A stretch of 64,000 bases of DNA from positions 12,957 to 76,956 of the forward strand of contig CAXEHI010000031.1 in the NCBI GenBank assembly GCA_963996465.1, written 5' to 3'. The notes beneath the pieces were generated by a model. The model saw only the letters and a program-made list of their open reading frames with translations, searched no databases and was not told the DNA's origin. This document shows, one piece after another, positions 38,301 to 47,133 of the stretch (within the stretch, counting starts at the first letter, position 1; the number at the start of each line of letters is the position of its first letter). This DNA comes from an uncultured Thermoplasmata archaeon. Its GTDB lineage: Archaea > Thermoplasmatota > Poseidoniia > MGIII > CG-Epi1. The position numbers and the translations under genes are program-made.

Positions 38301-41300
38301 AAGGTGGATGTTGAATTATCCATATACTGACTACTCAAAGATGGATCTCCACCTGTCGATAGACCTGTAGAATATGCACTCCTTCCACCTTCTGAGTCAT
38401 CATAATAACTACTAATCCAAAATTCATTTACAGGTTCTGGTGGAATATAGAGAATATCATAACTGCCTTCATCGAAATTAGAATCTATACAGAATGTAGC
38501 TGTGACAAATGTCTCATCATCTGTAATTTCGAAAGAGACCTCAATGATAGCCCCGTTTGTAAAACTGGCAAATGCGAGTTGTTCAGTATCAGGTTCGACT
38601 CCGCTAGTTATAGTTACATTACCTGTAACATTATCGGAAGACCAACCATCTCCTGTAGAATCATAAAGTATCGCATTGTAAGTGCTTGAATGTAATTCGA
38701 GATTATTTTCAACACAACCACTATCTTCAAAGAACTGTACTCCATCGATAAATTCAGAACTTGGTTCTTCAGGTGTATTGGAAATTGACCAGCCGCTTGA
38801 TTCCAAATCCCAATCATCGAAAGATTCTCTGAATACTGCGAATTCTAAAGATGAAACGGCTGTTCCCTCTATGTCTGAATCTCCACGAACGAAGTCAGTT
38901 CCACCTAGTGAATCTATAGATATCATATCAGGATTATAGTCTCTGACAATACCTGAAGCAACTAATGAGAAATCTTGTGGACCTTCAGGAGTTCCTAAAT
39001 CACCATCTCTTGCAGAAACTTCTACAGTCCATATTCCAGATTCTGGAACCTGAATGAAAACATTCTCTACATTATTCAAATCGTCCAGATAAGCTTCGGT
39101 GTGATTTTCAAATCCATTATCAGAGAAGCTCCAATCATTAGTAGCCATATCTGAAACGCTCCAAATACTGTCATGAAGGCCGTTGTTTCCATAATACACC
39201 ATACCAGATGGTGATGTTAATTTCAAATCTAAATTATTGACTAAAGAACGTGAAAAACATTCATCGTTATCATTACAAACTTCTGGATAAGTAGAAGCAG
39301 CAGGATCTATCCAAACCATAGAAACTTTGAGGCTTGTTCCGCCATCAACATATACTTCTTCTGACCAAGAATCGCCAGCTTCTAAATCTATACCTCCGTC
39401 AACGAAGAAATGTCCTTCGGAGCCGAGATTGTATGACCTTTCAATATCTGGAGTTCCCCAGCCTTGTATATTTCTGTACATGAGATTATTATCATTCATT
39501 GGGTACTGATATGCATCAGCAAACATCAAGGCCTTGATAGTTGAAGAGAGTGGAATATTCTCTTCAGGATTATTATCGAAAAAGTTCTCCATATACATCT
39601 GATACAGAATGCCTGAAGTTGCAACAACTACGGGACCTGCACCACTAGTACCGCCAAAACCAGATGTGTAATTTGTATTGCTGTAGCCGTTGGAGCCGAT
39701 CATATCTATTGTGTAAATACTACTGTATGGACCTACCAAATCCGGCTTCACTCTATTATCGACAGTAGGGCCTCGACTAGCTCCGTTACCATTGGTATAG
39801 TAATCATCACCTAAAGTAGCTGTATCTTCATGCCACAATCCACCAACAGAAATGATATTCTTAGCTGAAGCCATATCAGACATTGAATCTGTTGAACCCA
39901 TGTAAGCATAATTTCCAGCAGAAAAGGACTGTAGAACATGTGGATAAGTCGATATTGCTAAATCACTGTCTGCGGCAGCTGAATTGTAATTTCCACCTAA
40001 TGCATTACGCCAGCTGTTTTGTTGGAATAAACCATTATACATAGAAGAGGTACCGTCATTGAATTCACCCCTCCACAAGTTACCTAACGATTCATAAGAT
40101 GAATTCAAAAGATAACCGAAAGAGCCTTCTGCTTCGGGAAGCATTCCAGTAGCTTGTAGATTATTATTACCTGTACCGAACATTATTCCTGCTACAGAAG
40201 TGCCGTGTCTGACCCAGCCGTGATCGATATTGTAGAAAGTATTGGAGACATCTAGAATATCATAACTGCCTTCATCGAAATTGGAATCTATACAGAATTT
40301 GAGTTCGAATGGGCCATTACCATCAATTTCAAAGGGCACTTCTAAGTATGAAGAATTGGTAAAGTTTGAAGTTGAAATTTCATTATCACCAGAATCAAAA
40401 ATTTGTAAAGAACCCGTAAATGTGCCGTCGTACCAACCATTAATATCGGTAGAATTATCAGTAGAATTGAAAGTTCCTTCATCATATAGAAGAACTTTGT
40501 ATAGGCCGTTGCCAGAAACCGTTTCCGGTTTACATACTTCAACGTGAGTTTCATTAAATGATTGTACGCCGTCTAAAATAGATGAAGACCACATGCTCTC
40601 GTTGAAATCATCGTAAAAATTATTAGTCAAATCTGGGTGAATAAATTCCATACCACCCTCCCTTACTTGACCTAAGATTCCTTGACCGGTGAATTGGCCA
40701 GAAATGATTTCATTTGTGGTTTCATTTCTAGACAACATTTGAACAGGGTCAACACCCATGTAATCTGCTGAACGCATCAAATCCATTAACGGAAGGGGCG
40801 TTCCGAATTCGTCAATAGTTATGACATCTTCTATTGTAGCTATTTTGTGTAATTCTGAAAATGGTATGGAAGCTTTTACAAATGGAGATCCTGGACCTTC
40901 TACTGAAATTAATCTAGCATCCATAGCATCCAACTCGAATAATAAATCTGAACGATCGTAAAGACCACCTCTAGCTGATGTAATGATGACATCTATAGAA
41001 TCTGTTGATTTCTCAAAAAGGGAATCTTGAACTTTGTAGACTGGTTGATAAAGTGTATAGAAAACGATATCTGAATTTGTTTCGAGGATATCGAGAGTCC
41101 ATGGATGTACAAAAGTAAGCCAAGAAGAAGCGGAAAGATACTGAATGAAATCCATGCCGTAGTAATTTAGAGAGAGTCTATCCTGAAAAGTGGGCGGAGA
41201 ATTGAATTGAACTATGTAATAAGACCCATCGGAAATTTCATCATTAGATAATTGCCATTTTTCTGTCGACTCTGGCACTTCCTCTCCAGCTCTTAGATAA

Positions 41301-41482
41301 ATTCCTCCAGCACTTATTGTTTTGACGGGTTCTGTCTTATCATAATAACCCGAATTAGTTTCTGCGGAACTGAAATTCGTAAGAGAACCTGTAACTAAAA
41401 TTGATGTGATTAATATGGCTAGAAAACCTATACCACTAACTGTTTCTTTTACACCACGGCGGGCGGATATATGCGTCGACAT
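35363..41482 (-). CDS. Giant (2039 aa) cell-surface subtilisin-like serine protease with multiple Ig-like/FN3-like repeats and C-terminal TM anchor
   Basis: N-terminal signal/TM. S8 motifs HGTSVAGIM (His) and GFGGTSGAGPVV (Ser), with an Asp region upstream. A long series of roughly 90-100 aa repeats containing S(W/V)SGSD..G(I/V)DYY. The C-terminus is hydrophobic helix + RKD. Confidence 0.65.
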   Translation of the reverse strand: MSTHISARRGVKETVSGIGFLAILITSILVTGSLTNFSSAETNSGYYDKTEPVKTISAGGIYLRAGEEVPESTEKWQLSNDEISDGSYYIVQFNSPPTFQDRLSLNYYGMDFIQYLSASSWLTFVHPWTLDILETNSDIVFYTLYQPVYKVQDSLFEKSTDSIDVIITSARGGLYDRSDLLFELDAMDARLISVEGPGSPFVKASIPFSELHKIATIEDVITIDEFGTPLPLMDLMRSADYMGVDPVQMLSRNETTNEIISGQFTGQGILGQVREGGMEFIHPDLTNNFYDDFNESMWSSSILDGVQSFNETHVEVCKPETVSGNGLYKVLLYDEGTFNSTDNSTDINGWYDGTFTGSLQIFDSGDNEISTSNFTNSSYLEVPFEIDGNGPFELKFCIDSNFDEGSYDILDVSNTFYNIDHGWVRHGTSVAGIMFGTGNNNLQATGMLPEAEGSFGYLLNSSYESLGNLWRGEFNDGTSSMYNGLFQQNSWRNALGGNYNSAAADSDLAISTYPHVLQSFSAGNYAYMGSTDSMSDMASAKNIISVGGLWHEDTATLGDDYYTNGNGASRGPTVDNRVKPDLVGPYSSIYTIDMIGSNGYSNTNYTSGFGGTSGAGPVVVATSGILYQMYMENFFDNNPEENIPLSSTIKALMFADAYQYPMNDNNLMYRNIQGWGTPDIERSYNLGSEGHFFVDGGIDLEAGDSWSEEVYVDGGTSLKVSMVWIDPAASTYPEVCNDNDECFSRSLVNNLDLKLTSPSGMVYYGNNGLHDSIWSVSDMATNDWSFSDNGFENHTEAYLDDLNNVENVFIQVPESGIWTVEVSARDGDLGTPEGPQDFSLVASGIVRDYNPDMISIDSLGGTDFVRGDSDIEGTAVSSLEFAVFRESFDDWDLESSGWSISNTPEEPSSEFIDGVQFFEDSGCVENNLELHSSTYNAILYDSTGDGWSSDNVTGNVTITSGVEPDTEQLAFASFTNGAIIEVSFEITDDETFVTATFCIDSNFDEGSYDILYIPPEPVNEFWISSYYDDSEGGRSAYSTGLSTGGDPSLSSQYMDNSTSTLSHPLDIEDYQNPYIVFDYMVDANEGEDFLEFEAFAGGNGLASEIFSGSSDGWESAMIDITPGEGDLESFSFTFSSSAPYLGIYFEVHYDVFGPGSPGDEFHVYGNIPELGADGDGSWNSDNSVVMESVGDNLYGVTIDVSASAGQDIEYLFLKKNGGSTEYEVENDNNSNPESYRNGTLPSEGSVETNATWGNLSISNWTDIAPQDNGIGAFVDEIEIFAEMSSSVSVMISAGTDFDENDMWEDANVLGTSWSYAWSTSDYVDGDHSIKAQVCYGDVCFETEASSIRVDNTRPHNPDSFTSNIEVNTWSSVSDIYVEWSGAYDLNGEIAGYSAIWNKESSSIPPAEISTTDSNLSFTVDETGEYYVHIRAVDSTGYWNNSVYTIGPFKIDLTNPEVSIDSPSNYQYFNTDTITVSWGGSDDHSGVDYYELYVYDADGNFESYEGTFTWNTQKTLTLSEGVHSLQVIVYDIVGHSTADSIMVIIDLTDPTVAITSPNEGSYHNSMPVSFTWDGSDSGTPLSDVASYEIKFDDGQWSAPDNSNSHSESFSDGTHTVSVKVTDLAGNQYETSLSFITDLTNPSVSISSPEAGFIVSSTTLQVSWSGSDETSGIDYYSMSVNSGPWQNLGSDTSFDFTDLSNGDYTVDIMITDVAGNSASDSVSFTIDISSPSVSFTYPSDGAEFSVSSVTVTWDGSDSQTWLSSYDIRIDEGVWESVDLDIERTFANLSEGMHTVDVMVYDAAGNTMNSTVSFVIDTVSPGAELEVMDELYGTAPISIEWTTYDNTTGVSHTLIKFDDGEWTDMGILTESQIPDLQDGMHEITIRVVDNVDNSYETSVSFNLDTTAPTLTADIDIQYRLVDEGLPVEFSWATSDENSGIDYLEIRIFGTYVVEGVTQTVDTTFAPDSSLQDFIFDSDYELYTYGEFTVTISAYDVAGNVQTTSINFEVKEGGIQNIEYYLAGFLGVTVLISALGTIFSRKD
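38461..38506 (-). repeat. Internal direct repeat within the giant protease gene (second copy at 40253..40300)
   Basis: About 45 nt, nearly identical (..ATCATAACTGCCTTCATCGAAATT(A/G)GAATCTATACAGAAT..). Both copies encode the duplicated peptide FCIDSNFDEGSYDIL. Confidence 0.75.
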
Positions 41483-41532
41483 AAAATAGCGAGCATTAGG
41501 GGGTTAAAAATATATAGCGATGAGATAGAATA

Positions 41533-42222
41533 TTACTTTAGCAATCCAACACCCAGTCCCTCAGGAGTTAATAGGCACGTAGAAACGAATTTTTCAGAAA
41601 GAATTTTATGGAAATTTCTCATGCCTTTTACTCTTTCATTTGTCGTGTTAGGATTTTCGATATCATCTAAAAGTTCGCCGAAAAGTAAAGCATTATCACC
41701 TAAGAGTAAACCTGCTTTTCGTAAGTTATCAACAGCCCAGTCAGCGTACAAACCATAAGATTCCTTATCTGCATCTAGAAAAATCACATCAAACGGGCCT
41801 GAATTTGATAAGTGAGAAAGAGAATTAACGCCCGACATTTCAATGATAGTAACTTTTTCAGATAACCCTGCTTTGTTAAACACAGAACGTGCCACTTTTG
41901 CGTGATCTGGATTGAATTCAACAGTCCATAAATGACCATCTTTGGGCAATGCTTTTAGAATCCAAAGTGCAGAATAACCAGATAAGGTACCGAACTCGAC
42001 TACATTCTTAGCGTTTGATAATCTACAAAGAATTTCAATTAACCTTCCATCTAATGGAGATATCTGAATTGCCGGTAAACCTTCTAACGTATTGTTTGAA
42101 TTATTTAGATACGAAAGAGCATCTTTATGTGCATCATTTTCTTTAGCGTGTAAATTAGATAGCCATTCGATTACATCTTTGTTGAGGTAACCATATCCCT
42201 TGTCTGTTTCTAAATCAGCCAT
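41533..42222 (-). CDS. Class I SAM-dependent O-methyltransferase (caffeoyl-CoA OMT-like)
   Basis: SAM-binding motif VVEFGTLSGYS, acidic FLDADKE, 229 aa. Confidence 0.7.
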   Translation of the reverse strand: MADLETDKGYGYLNKDVIEWLSNLHAKENDAHKDALSYLNNSNNTLEGLPAIQISPLDGRLIEILCRLSNAKNVVEFGTLSGYSALWILKALPKDGHLWTVEFNPDHAKVARSVFNKAGLSEKVTIIEMSGVNSLSHLSNSGPFDVIFLDADKESYGLYADWAVDNLRKAGLLLGDNALLFGELLDDIENPNTTNERVKGMRNFHKILSEKFVSTCLLTPEGLGVGLLK

Positions 42223-42279
42223 AAAGAGTTAACATATTGTACATAAAATGCTTATAGCAGGCCCGTTTCGATAAGTTGT

Positions 42280-43245
42280 ATGGCAAAGACCTATGCTGAA
42301 GCCGGAGTTGACATCGATGCAAGTGATGAAGCTACAGCATCACTTATCGCAAAAATTAAAGGAACTAATAGAAAGGGGAATGGGGAGCCTATTGAACTTG
42401 TGAATGGTTTTGCGGGATTGGTTAAACTCGACGATAAGGCGTTAGCTGTATGCACTGATGGTGTCGGAACGAAGATTCTTCTAGCGGAAGAGCTGGATAG
42501 TTTACACACTGTAGGAATAGATTGCGTAGCGATGAATGTGAATGATCTAATATGTGTTGGAGCGGAGCCAATAAGCTTTGTAGATTATGTTGCTTTGAAT
42601 GAACCAGATAATGAAATAATGGGAAAATTAGGAGAAGGTCTTGCTGAAGGATGTAGGCAAGCTAATTGTACACTCTCGGGAGGAGAAACTGCAGTAGTTC
42701 CTGAACTAGTACATGGATTCGATATAGCAGGAACTGCAGTTGGTGTTGTTTCTAAAGAAGATTTGATAGATGGGAGTAAAATTGCAGAAGGTGATGTGCT
42801 AATAGGAATAAAATCATCTGGACCTCATTCAAATGGATATACACTTATTCGTAAAATATATGATGGGAATAAAGAAATTGGTAAGAAATTAGTTGAGCCG
42901 ACCAGAATATATGTAAAAGAAATTATGAAACTCCTAAGCGAGATTGAAGTTAGTGGGATAGCTCACATAACTGGAGGTGGACTTGACAATATACCTAGGA
43001 TGAATAATAAATTTAGATATATTATAGATAATCCACTCCCTGTGCAAGACGTATTTGAATGGTTACAAAAAACGGGCGATATTGAAACTAAAGAGATGTA
43101 TCGTACATTCAATATGGGAATGGGGATGATTATATCAATGAAAGAAGAAAATGTAAACAGAGCTTTGAAAATTTTAGGAGAAGATGCTCAAATAATAGGA
43201 AGAATAGAAAAGGGAACTGGAGTGAAACATTCTGCTATTGTTTAA
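42280..43245 (+). CDS. purM: Phosphoribosylformylglycinamidine cyclo-ligase (AIR synthetase, PurM)
   Basis: The N-terminus AKTYAEAGVDIDASDEA is the PurM signature. PurM N- and C-domains, 321 aa. Confidence 0.8.
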   Translation: MAKTYAEAGVDIDASDEATASLIAKIKGTNRKGNGEPIELVNGFAGLVKLDDKALAVCTDGVGTKILLAEELDSLHTVGIDCVAMNVNDLICVGAEPISFVDYVALNEPDNEIMGKLGEGLAEGCRQANCTLSGGETAVVPELVHGFDIAGTAVGVVSKEDLIDGSKIAEGDVLIGIKSSGPHSNGYTLIRKIYDGNKEIGKKLVEPTRIYVKEIMKLLSEIEVSGIAHITGGGLDNIPRMNNKFRYIIDNPLPVQDVFEWLQKTGDIETKEMYRTFNMGMGMIISMKEENVNRALKILGEDAQIIGRIEKGTGVKHSAIV

Positions 43246-45492
43246 TTATTGATTTCTAAGATAATTCATTGCCGAACCTGCGTTAAACCATTCAATTTGA
43301 AGATTATTCATACTATGATTACAAGTAAAATCATCTGAAGTGCCGTCAGAATGTTCTGTTTTGACTGTGAGTTTGCTTCCGGGTGCTAACTCTTCAATAC
43401 CAGATATAGTAATTCTATCATCAGATTTTAGTAAATGCCAAGATTCTGGATTATCGAATAAGAGTGCTAAAACTCCTTGTTTCTTTAGATTTGTTTCGGC
43501 TATTCTAGCAATGCTTCGTGAAATGAGAACTTTACAACCTAAAAATCGCGGAGACATAGCTGCGTGTTCACGGCTACTGCCTTCTCCATAGTTGATATCA
43601 GCTATTGCCGCCCAACCTTGGTTTGATTCTTTATATTGTCTAGCGATAGTGGAAACTCCCGCCTTTTCTCCTGTGAATTGATTTATTGCTACTCCTTGCT
43701 CATCTGCGAAAACATTGTAGGCACCTGTGTAGCAATTATCAGATATATTATCTAAATGACCTCTATATCTAAGCCAGGGTCCGGCAGGAGAAACGTGATC
43801 AGTAGTGCATTTTCCTTCTACTTTCAAAAGAATTGGTAAATTGGAAAGGTCCTGACTTGATGATGGACTGAAGGGTTCTAATGATTGAAGACGCTCGCTA
43901 TTTGGATCGATTACTAAATCAGCATCTGTGTTTGATGGTGGAATATAACCTTCAGAACTGAATTCAAAACCGTTTTCTGGAAGTTCTTTACCAGTGGGTG
44001 GTTTGAGCATTATACTTTGTCCATCTTCAGTAATTAATGAATCAGTATTTGGATTGAAATCTAATCGTCCCGCTAAAGCTAAGGCAGTCACAATCTCAGG
44101 ACTTGCAAGGAAAGATAATGTTTGATGGTTGCCATCATTCCTACCACTAAAATTCCTATTATATGATGAAATAATTGTATTTGTCTGACCGGAACTGACG
44201 TCATCTCGTTTCCATTGACCGATACACGGTCCACATGCATTTGCCAAAACAGTACCCCCTATAGCACTGAGTACTTCCATTTGACCATCTCTGCGTATTG
44301 TTTGATCTATTTGGTCTGAACCAGGAGTAACTAAAAATGGAGTTTTTGAAACGAGACCGACATCTAAAGCTTGTTGAGCTATAGAAGCAGCCCTCTCCAT
44401 GTCTTCATAAGACGAATTTGTACATGAACCTATCAATGCTGCTTTGAGTTCAATAGGCCAATTATTCTCTTTAGCTTCATCTTCCAACTCAGATAAAGAT
44501 CTAGCCAAATCTGGAGTATGTGGCCCTACTACCATTGGTTCTAAAGTAGAAAGATCAATTTCGATTAATTGATCGTAATATTTTTCAGGATTTGATTCTA
44601 CTTCTGAATCAGCTCTTAAATGTTCATAATTATTATTTGCTAACTCAGCAATTTGGTTACGGTTTGTTGCGTTAAGATATGAGGCCATTCTCTCATCGTA
44701 AGGGAAAATCGAAGTTGTGGCTCCGACTTCGGCCCCCATATTACATATGGTTCCTTTACCAGTGCAAGAAATAGTTTTAGTTCCGGAACCGAAGTATTCA
44801 ACTATACTGCCTGTGCCTCCTTTGACTGTTAGAATTTCACAAACTTTTAGAATTACATCTTTTGGAGAAGACCAACCTTGCAATTCGCCAGAAAGTCTAA
44901 CGCCAATAGTCTTAGGCCATTTCAAATTGAAAGATAACCCTGCCATAACTTCTGTGGCATCGGCACCACCACAACCTATTGCAATCATACCTAAACCTCC
45001 GCCGTTTGGTGTATGCGAATCTGTACCTATCATCATACCCCCAGGAAATGCATAATTTTCTAAAACGACTTGATGTATTATTCCGGAACCCGGTTCCCAA
45101 AATCCTATATCCCATTTTGATGAAGCCGATTTCAAGAAGGAATATACTTCATCATTTTCTTGATTGGCTGTGATTAAATCTTCATTGCGGCCAACATGAG
45201 CTCGGATTAAGTGATCGCAATGAACAGTAGATGGAACGGCTACTGCGCCTCTACCTGTAAGTGAAAATTGCAATAGTGCCATTTGTGCAGTAGCATCTTG
45301 CATAGCAACTCTATCCGGACTTAAATCGGAATACGTTTTTCCACCAATTAATTCTTCAGATAAATCGGAAGATAAATGCGAATATAGAATTTTTTCTGAG
45401 AGAGTAAGTGGGCGATTAATTACCTGTCTGACTCTACTGATTTTTTCAGAAAGAGAATTGTAGAAATTTGTAATATACTCGATATCTAACAT
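43246..45492 (-). CDS. Aconitate hydratase (aconitase family, about 750-aa type)
   Basis: Cluster-ligand regions (GSCTNSSYEDM, NACGPCIGQW) and C-terminal swivel domain (ISRSIARIAETNLKKQG). Confidence 0.75.
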   Translation of the reverse strand: MLDIEYITNFYNSLSEKISRVRQVINRPLTLSEKILYSHLSSDLSEELIGGKTYSDLSPDRVAMQDATAQMALLQFSLTGRGAVAVPSTVHCDHLIRAHVGRNEDLITANQENDEVYSFLKSASSKWDIGFWEPGSGIIHQVVLENYAFPGGMMIGTDSHTPNGGGLGMIAIGCGGADATEVMAGLSFNLKWPKTIGVRLSGELQGWSSPKDVILKVCEILTVKGGTGSIVEYFGSGTKTISCTGKGTICNMGAEVGATTSIFPYDERMASYLNATNRNQIAELANNNYEHLRADSEVESNPEKYYDQLIEIDLSTLEPMVVGPHTPDLARSLSELEDEAKENNWPIELKAALIGSCTNSSYEDMERAASIAQQALDVGLVSKTPFLVTPGSDQIDQTIRRDGQMEVLSAIGGTVLANACGPCIGQWKRDDVSSGQTNTIISSYNRNFSGRNDGNHQTLSFLASPEIVTALALAGRLDFNPNTDSLITEDGQSIMLKPPTGKELPENGFEFSSEGYIPPSNTDADLVIDPNSERLQSLEPFSPSSSQDLSNLPILLKVEGKCTTDHVSPAGPWLRYRGHLDNISDNCYTGAYNVFADEQGVAINQFTGEKAGVSTIARQYKESNQGWAAIADINYGEGSSREHAAMSPRFLGCKVLISRSIARIAETNLKKQGVLALLFDNPESWHLLKSDDRITISGIEELAPGSKLTVKTEHSDGTSDDFTCNHSMNNLQIEWFNAGSAMNYLRNQ

Positions 45493-45550
45493 TTGAAACG
45501 ATTTGAGATATGAATATTAGTTATTATACCTTCTCTTTTTTGAAAACTGA

Positions 45551-46612
45551 CTACCAATAATCCATAGTTGATTTCTTTAACATTTCGGCTGAATAAAAGG
45601 AATTGTAAAGTAATGCTTTTTTCCAACCTGAAAAGTTTATTCTTCCCCAATCAACTTCATCGCCTTCCTTGACATTGCGCATTGCGAATTCGAACGCACG
45701 GTTGCCGAAAATCCAAAAAATTCCACGTCTTGCTATATCTGCCTTCATTCTATCCTTAAACTGAGCCTTCCACATTTTATCATAATCCCCACCAGTAGAT
45801 AGTGCTCTTTGTGCGAGAACGCCAGATTCTATGGCGTAATTCATACCAAAACCCCTCCATGGATCTTGGAAACCGGCCGCCTCGCCTGTTTTTAGAATTC
45901 CGTTTTCGATTGCCGACTTAGGAAAGTGAGCACCCCCCACACCACCTACAGTACCTGTTGGTTTTGCACCATCTATAATATCAGAGAGTATCTTTCTTTT
46001 TTCAATTGCTTTAAAGAGTAATTTTTTGGTCTTTTTAGTATGTGGGCGAGAAGTACAATTAACAACTTTTATTGTATCTTTATCCATCGGAATAATATAG
46101 AGATACCACCCTCTTGGAGAAAATCTTTCATCGTGCATATATAGAAATTGATCGCGAGGAAAATCTGAATTTTCATAATAAGCACCAAAGGCAGCCATAT
46201 CTGTACGGTGGCTTCCTGTTGCCAGTATATCTCCAGATTTTGGTTTTTGTTTAGATTTAAAATGGAATTTTACACCTTCGGCTTCGGCTTCATCTTTGAT
46301 ACCTCTTTCCAATGAATTTTCTCCGCCTCGTAAAATTAATGGAAGAGCTTCTTTCATAGAAACTGTGAATTCTCTTTTTTGTGTGCAGCATAAAAATGTT
46401 TTTACATTTTTAAATGTAAACTTTGGCTTTAGGCCCCAATCTTTGAGATAAGATGGTGCATCACCGTGTGAATCTAAAAGAACTTGATAATTGGCATGAA
46501 ATTGATCTCCTACATTTTCTCGTTTTTCATGTATTTCAACATTTTCACCTTCTTTAGCAAAATTAACAGCAGCAGCCAAACCGGACAGGCCGCCTCCGAT
46601 TATCCTCCTCAT
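45551..46612 (-). CDS. FAD-dependent oxidoreductase, geranylgeranyl-reductase-family-like
   Basis: N-terminal GxGxxG (IIGGGLSGLAAA) and GGR-like C-terminal motif (GEAAGFQDPWRGFGMNYAIESG). Confidence 0.55.
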   Translation of the reverse strand: MRRIIGGGLSGLAAAVNFAKEGENVEIHEKRENVGDQFHANYQVLLDSHGDAPSYLKDWGLKPKFTFKNVKTFLCCTQKREFTVSMKEALPLILRGGENSLERGIKDEAEAEGVKFHFKSKQKPKSGDILATGSHRTDMAAFGAYYENSDFPRDQFLYMHDERFSPRGWYLYIIPMDKDTIKVVNCTSRPHTKKTKKLLFKAIEKRKILSDIIDGAKPTGTVGGVGGAHFPKSAIENGILKTGEAAGFQDPWRGFGMNYAIESGVLAQRALSTGGDYDKMWKAQFKDRMKADIARRGIFWIFGNRAFEFAMRNVKEGDEVDWGRINFSGWKKALLYNSFYSAEMLKKSTMDYW

Positions 46613-46614
46613 GA

Positions 46615-47043
46615 TTAAAGTGCCTCAAAAGTTGTATTACGGGATGGTTCTTCTGGATAAGAAAGAGCACCCACTGGACAAACTCTAGTACAGAATAAAC
46701 AATCCGTACAATCTTCATTTATCCATATATTACGTTCATTGTATTCTAATAACATAGCATTAGTTGGGCAGACCCCTATGCAAGCTCCGCAAAATAGACA
46801 TTTATCTTTGTCTAAATCTGGTTTAATTATTGACCTTGAACCATCTTCATTCCATCTCATCCCTGGTGGTTTTGGAATTCCATTTACCCATTTACGTTTG
46901 AAAGATAATTGGCCATTCTCGTACCATTTCTTTTCCCATCCATTTTTGACTTTGTTTTCGTATGAGATTTCATGTTTGCGATGTCCGCTTTCGTAAAAAT
47001 GTACATCCGTTTCATTCTCGTCCATTTGATTCTCCAAAGCCAC
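46615..47043 (-). CDS. MORN-repeat / 2x[4Fe-4S] ferredoxin fusion protein
   Basis: The N-terminal half carries two MORN-like repeats (YESGHRKHEISYENKVKNGWEKKWYENGQLSFKRKWVNG). The C-terminal half has two CxxCxxCxxxCP motifs (CLFCGACIGVCP, CTDCLFCTRVCP). Confidence 0.6.
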   Translation of the reverse strand: MALENQMDENETDVHFYESGHRKHEISYENKVKNGWEKKWYENGQLSFKRKWVNGIPKPPGMRWNEDGSRSIIKPDLDKDKCLFCGACIGVCPTNAMLLEYNERNIWINEDCTDCLFCTRVCPVGALSYPEEPSRNTTFEAL

Positions 47044-47133
47044 AACTATTACTTATGAACATTGAAAGAAGGCCTTAAATTATTAAGGCCCGAGTGTATT
47101 TTTGAACGAAACCGTAGAAATAGGGGAAATATT

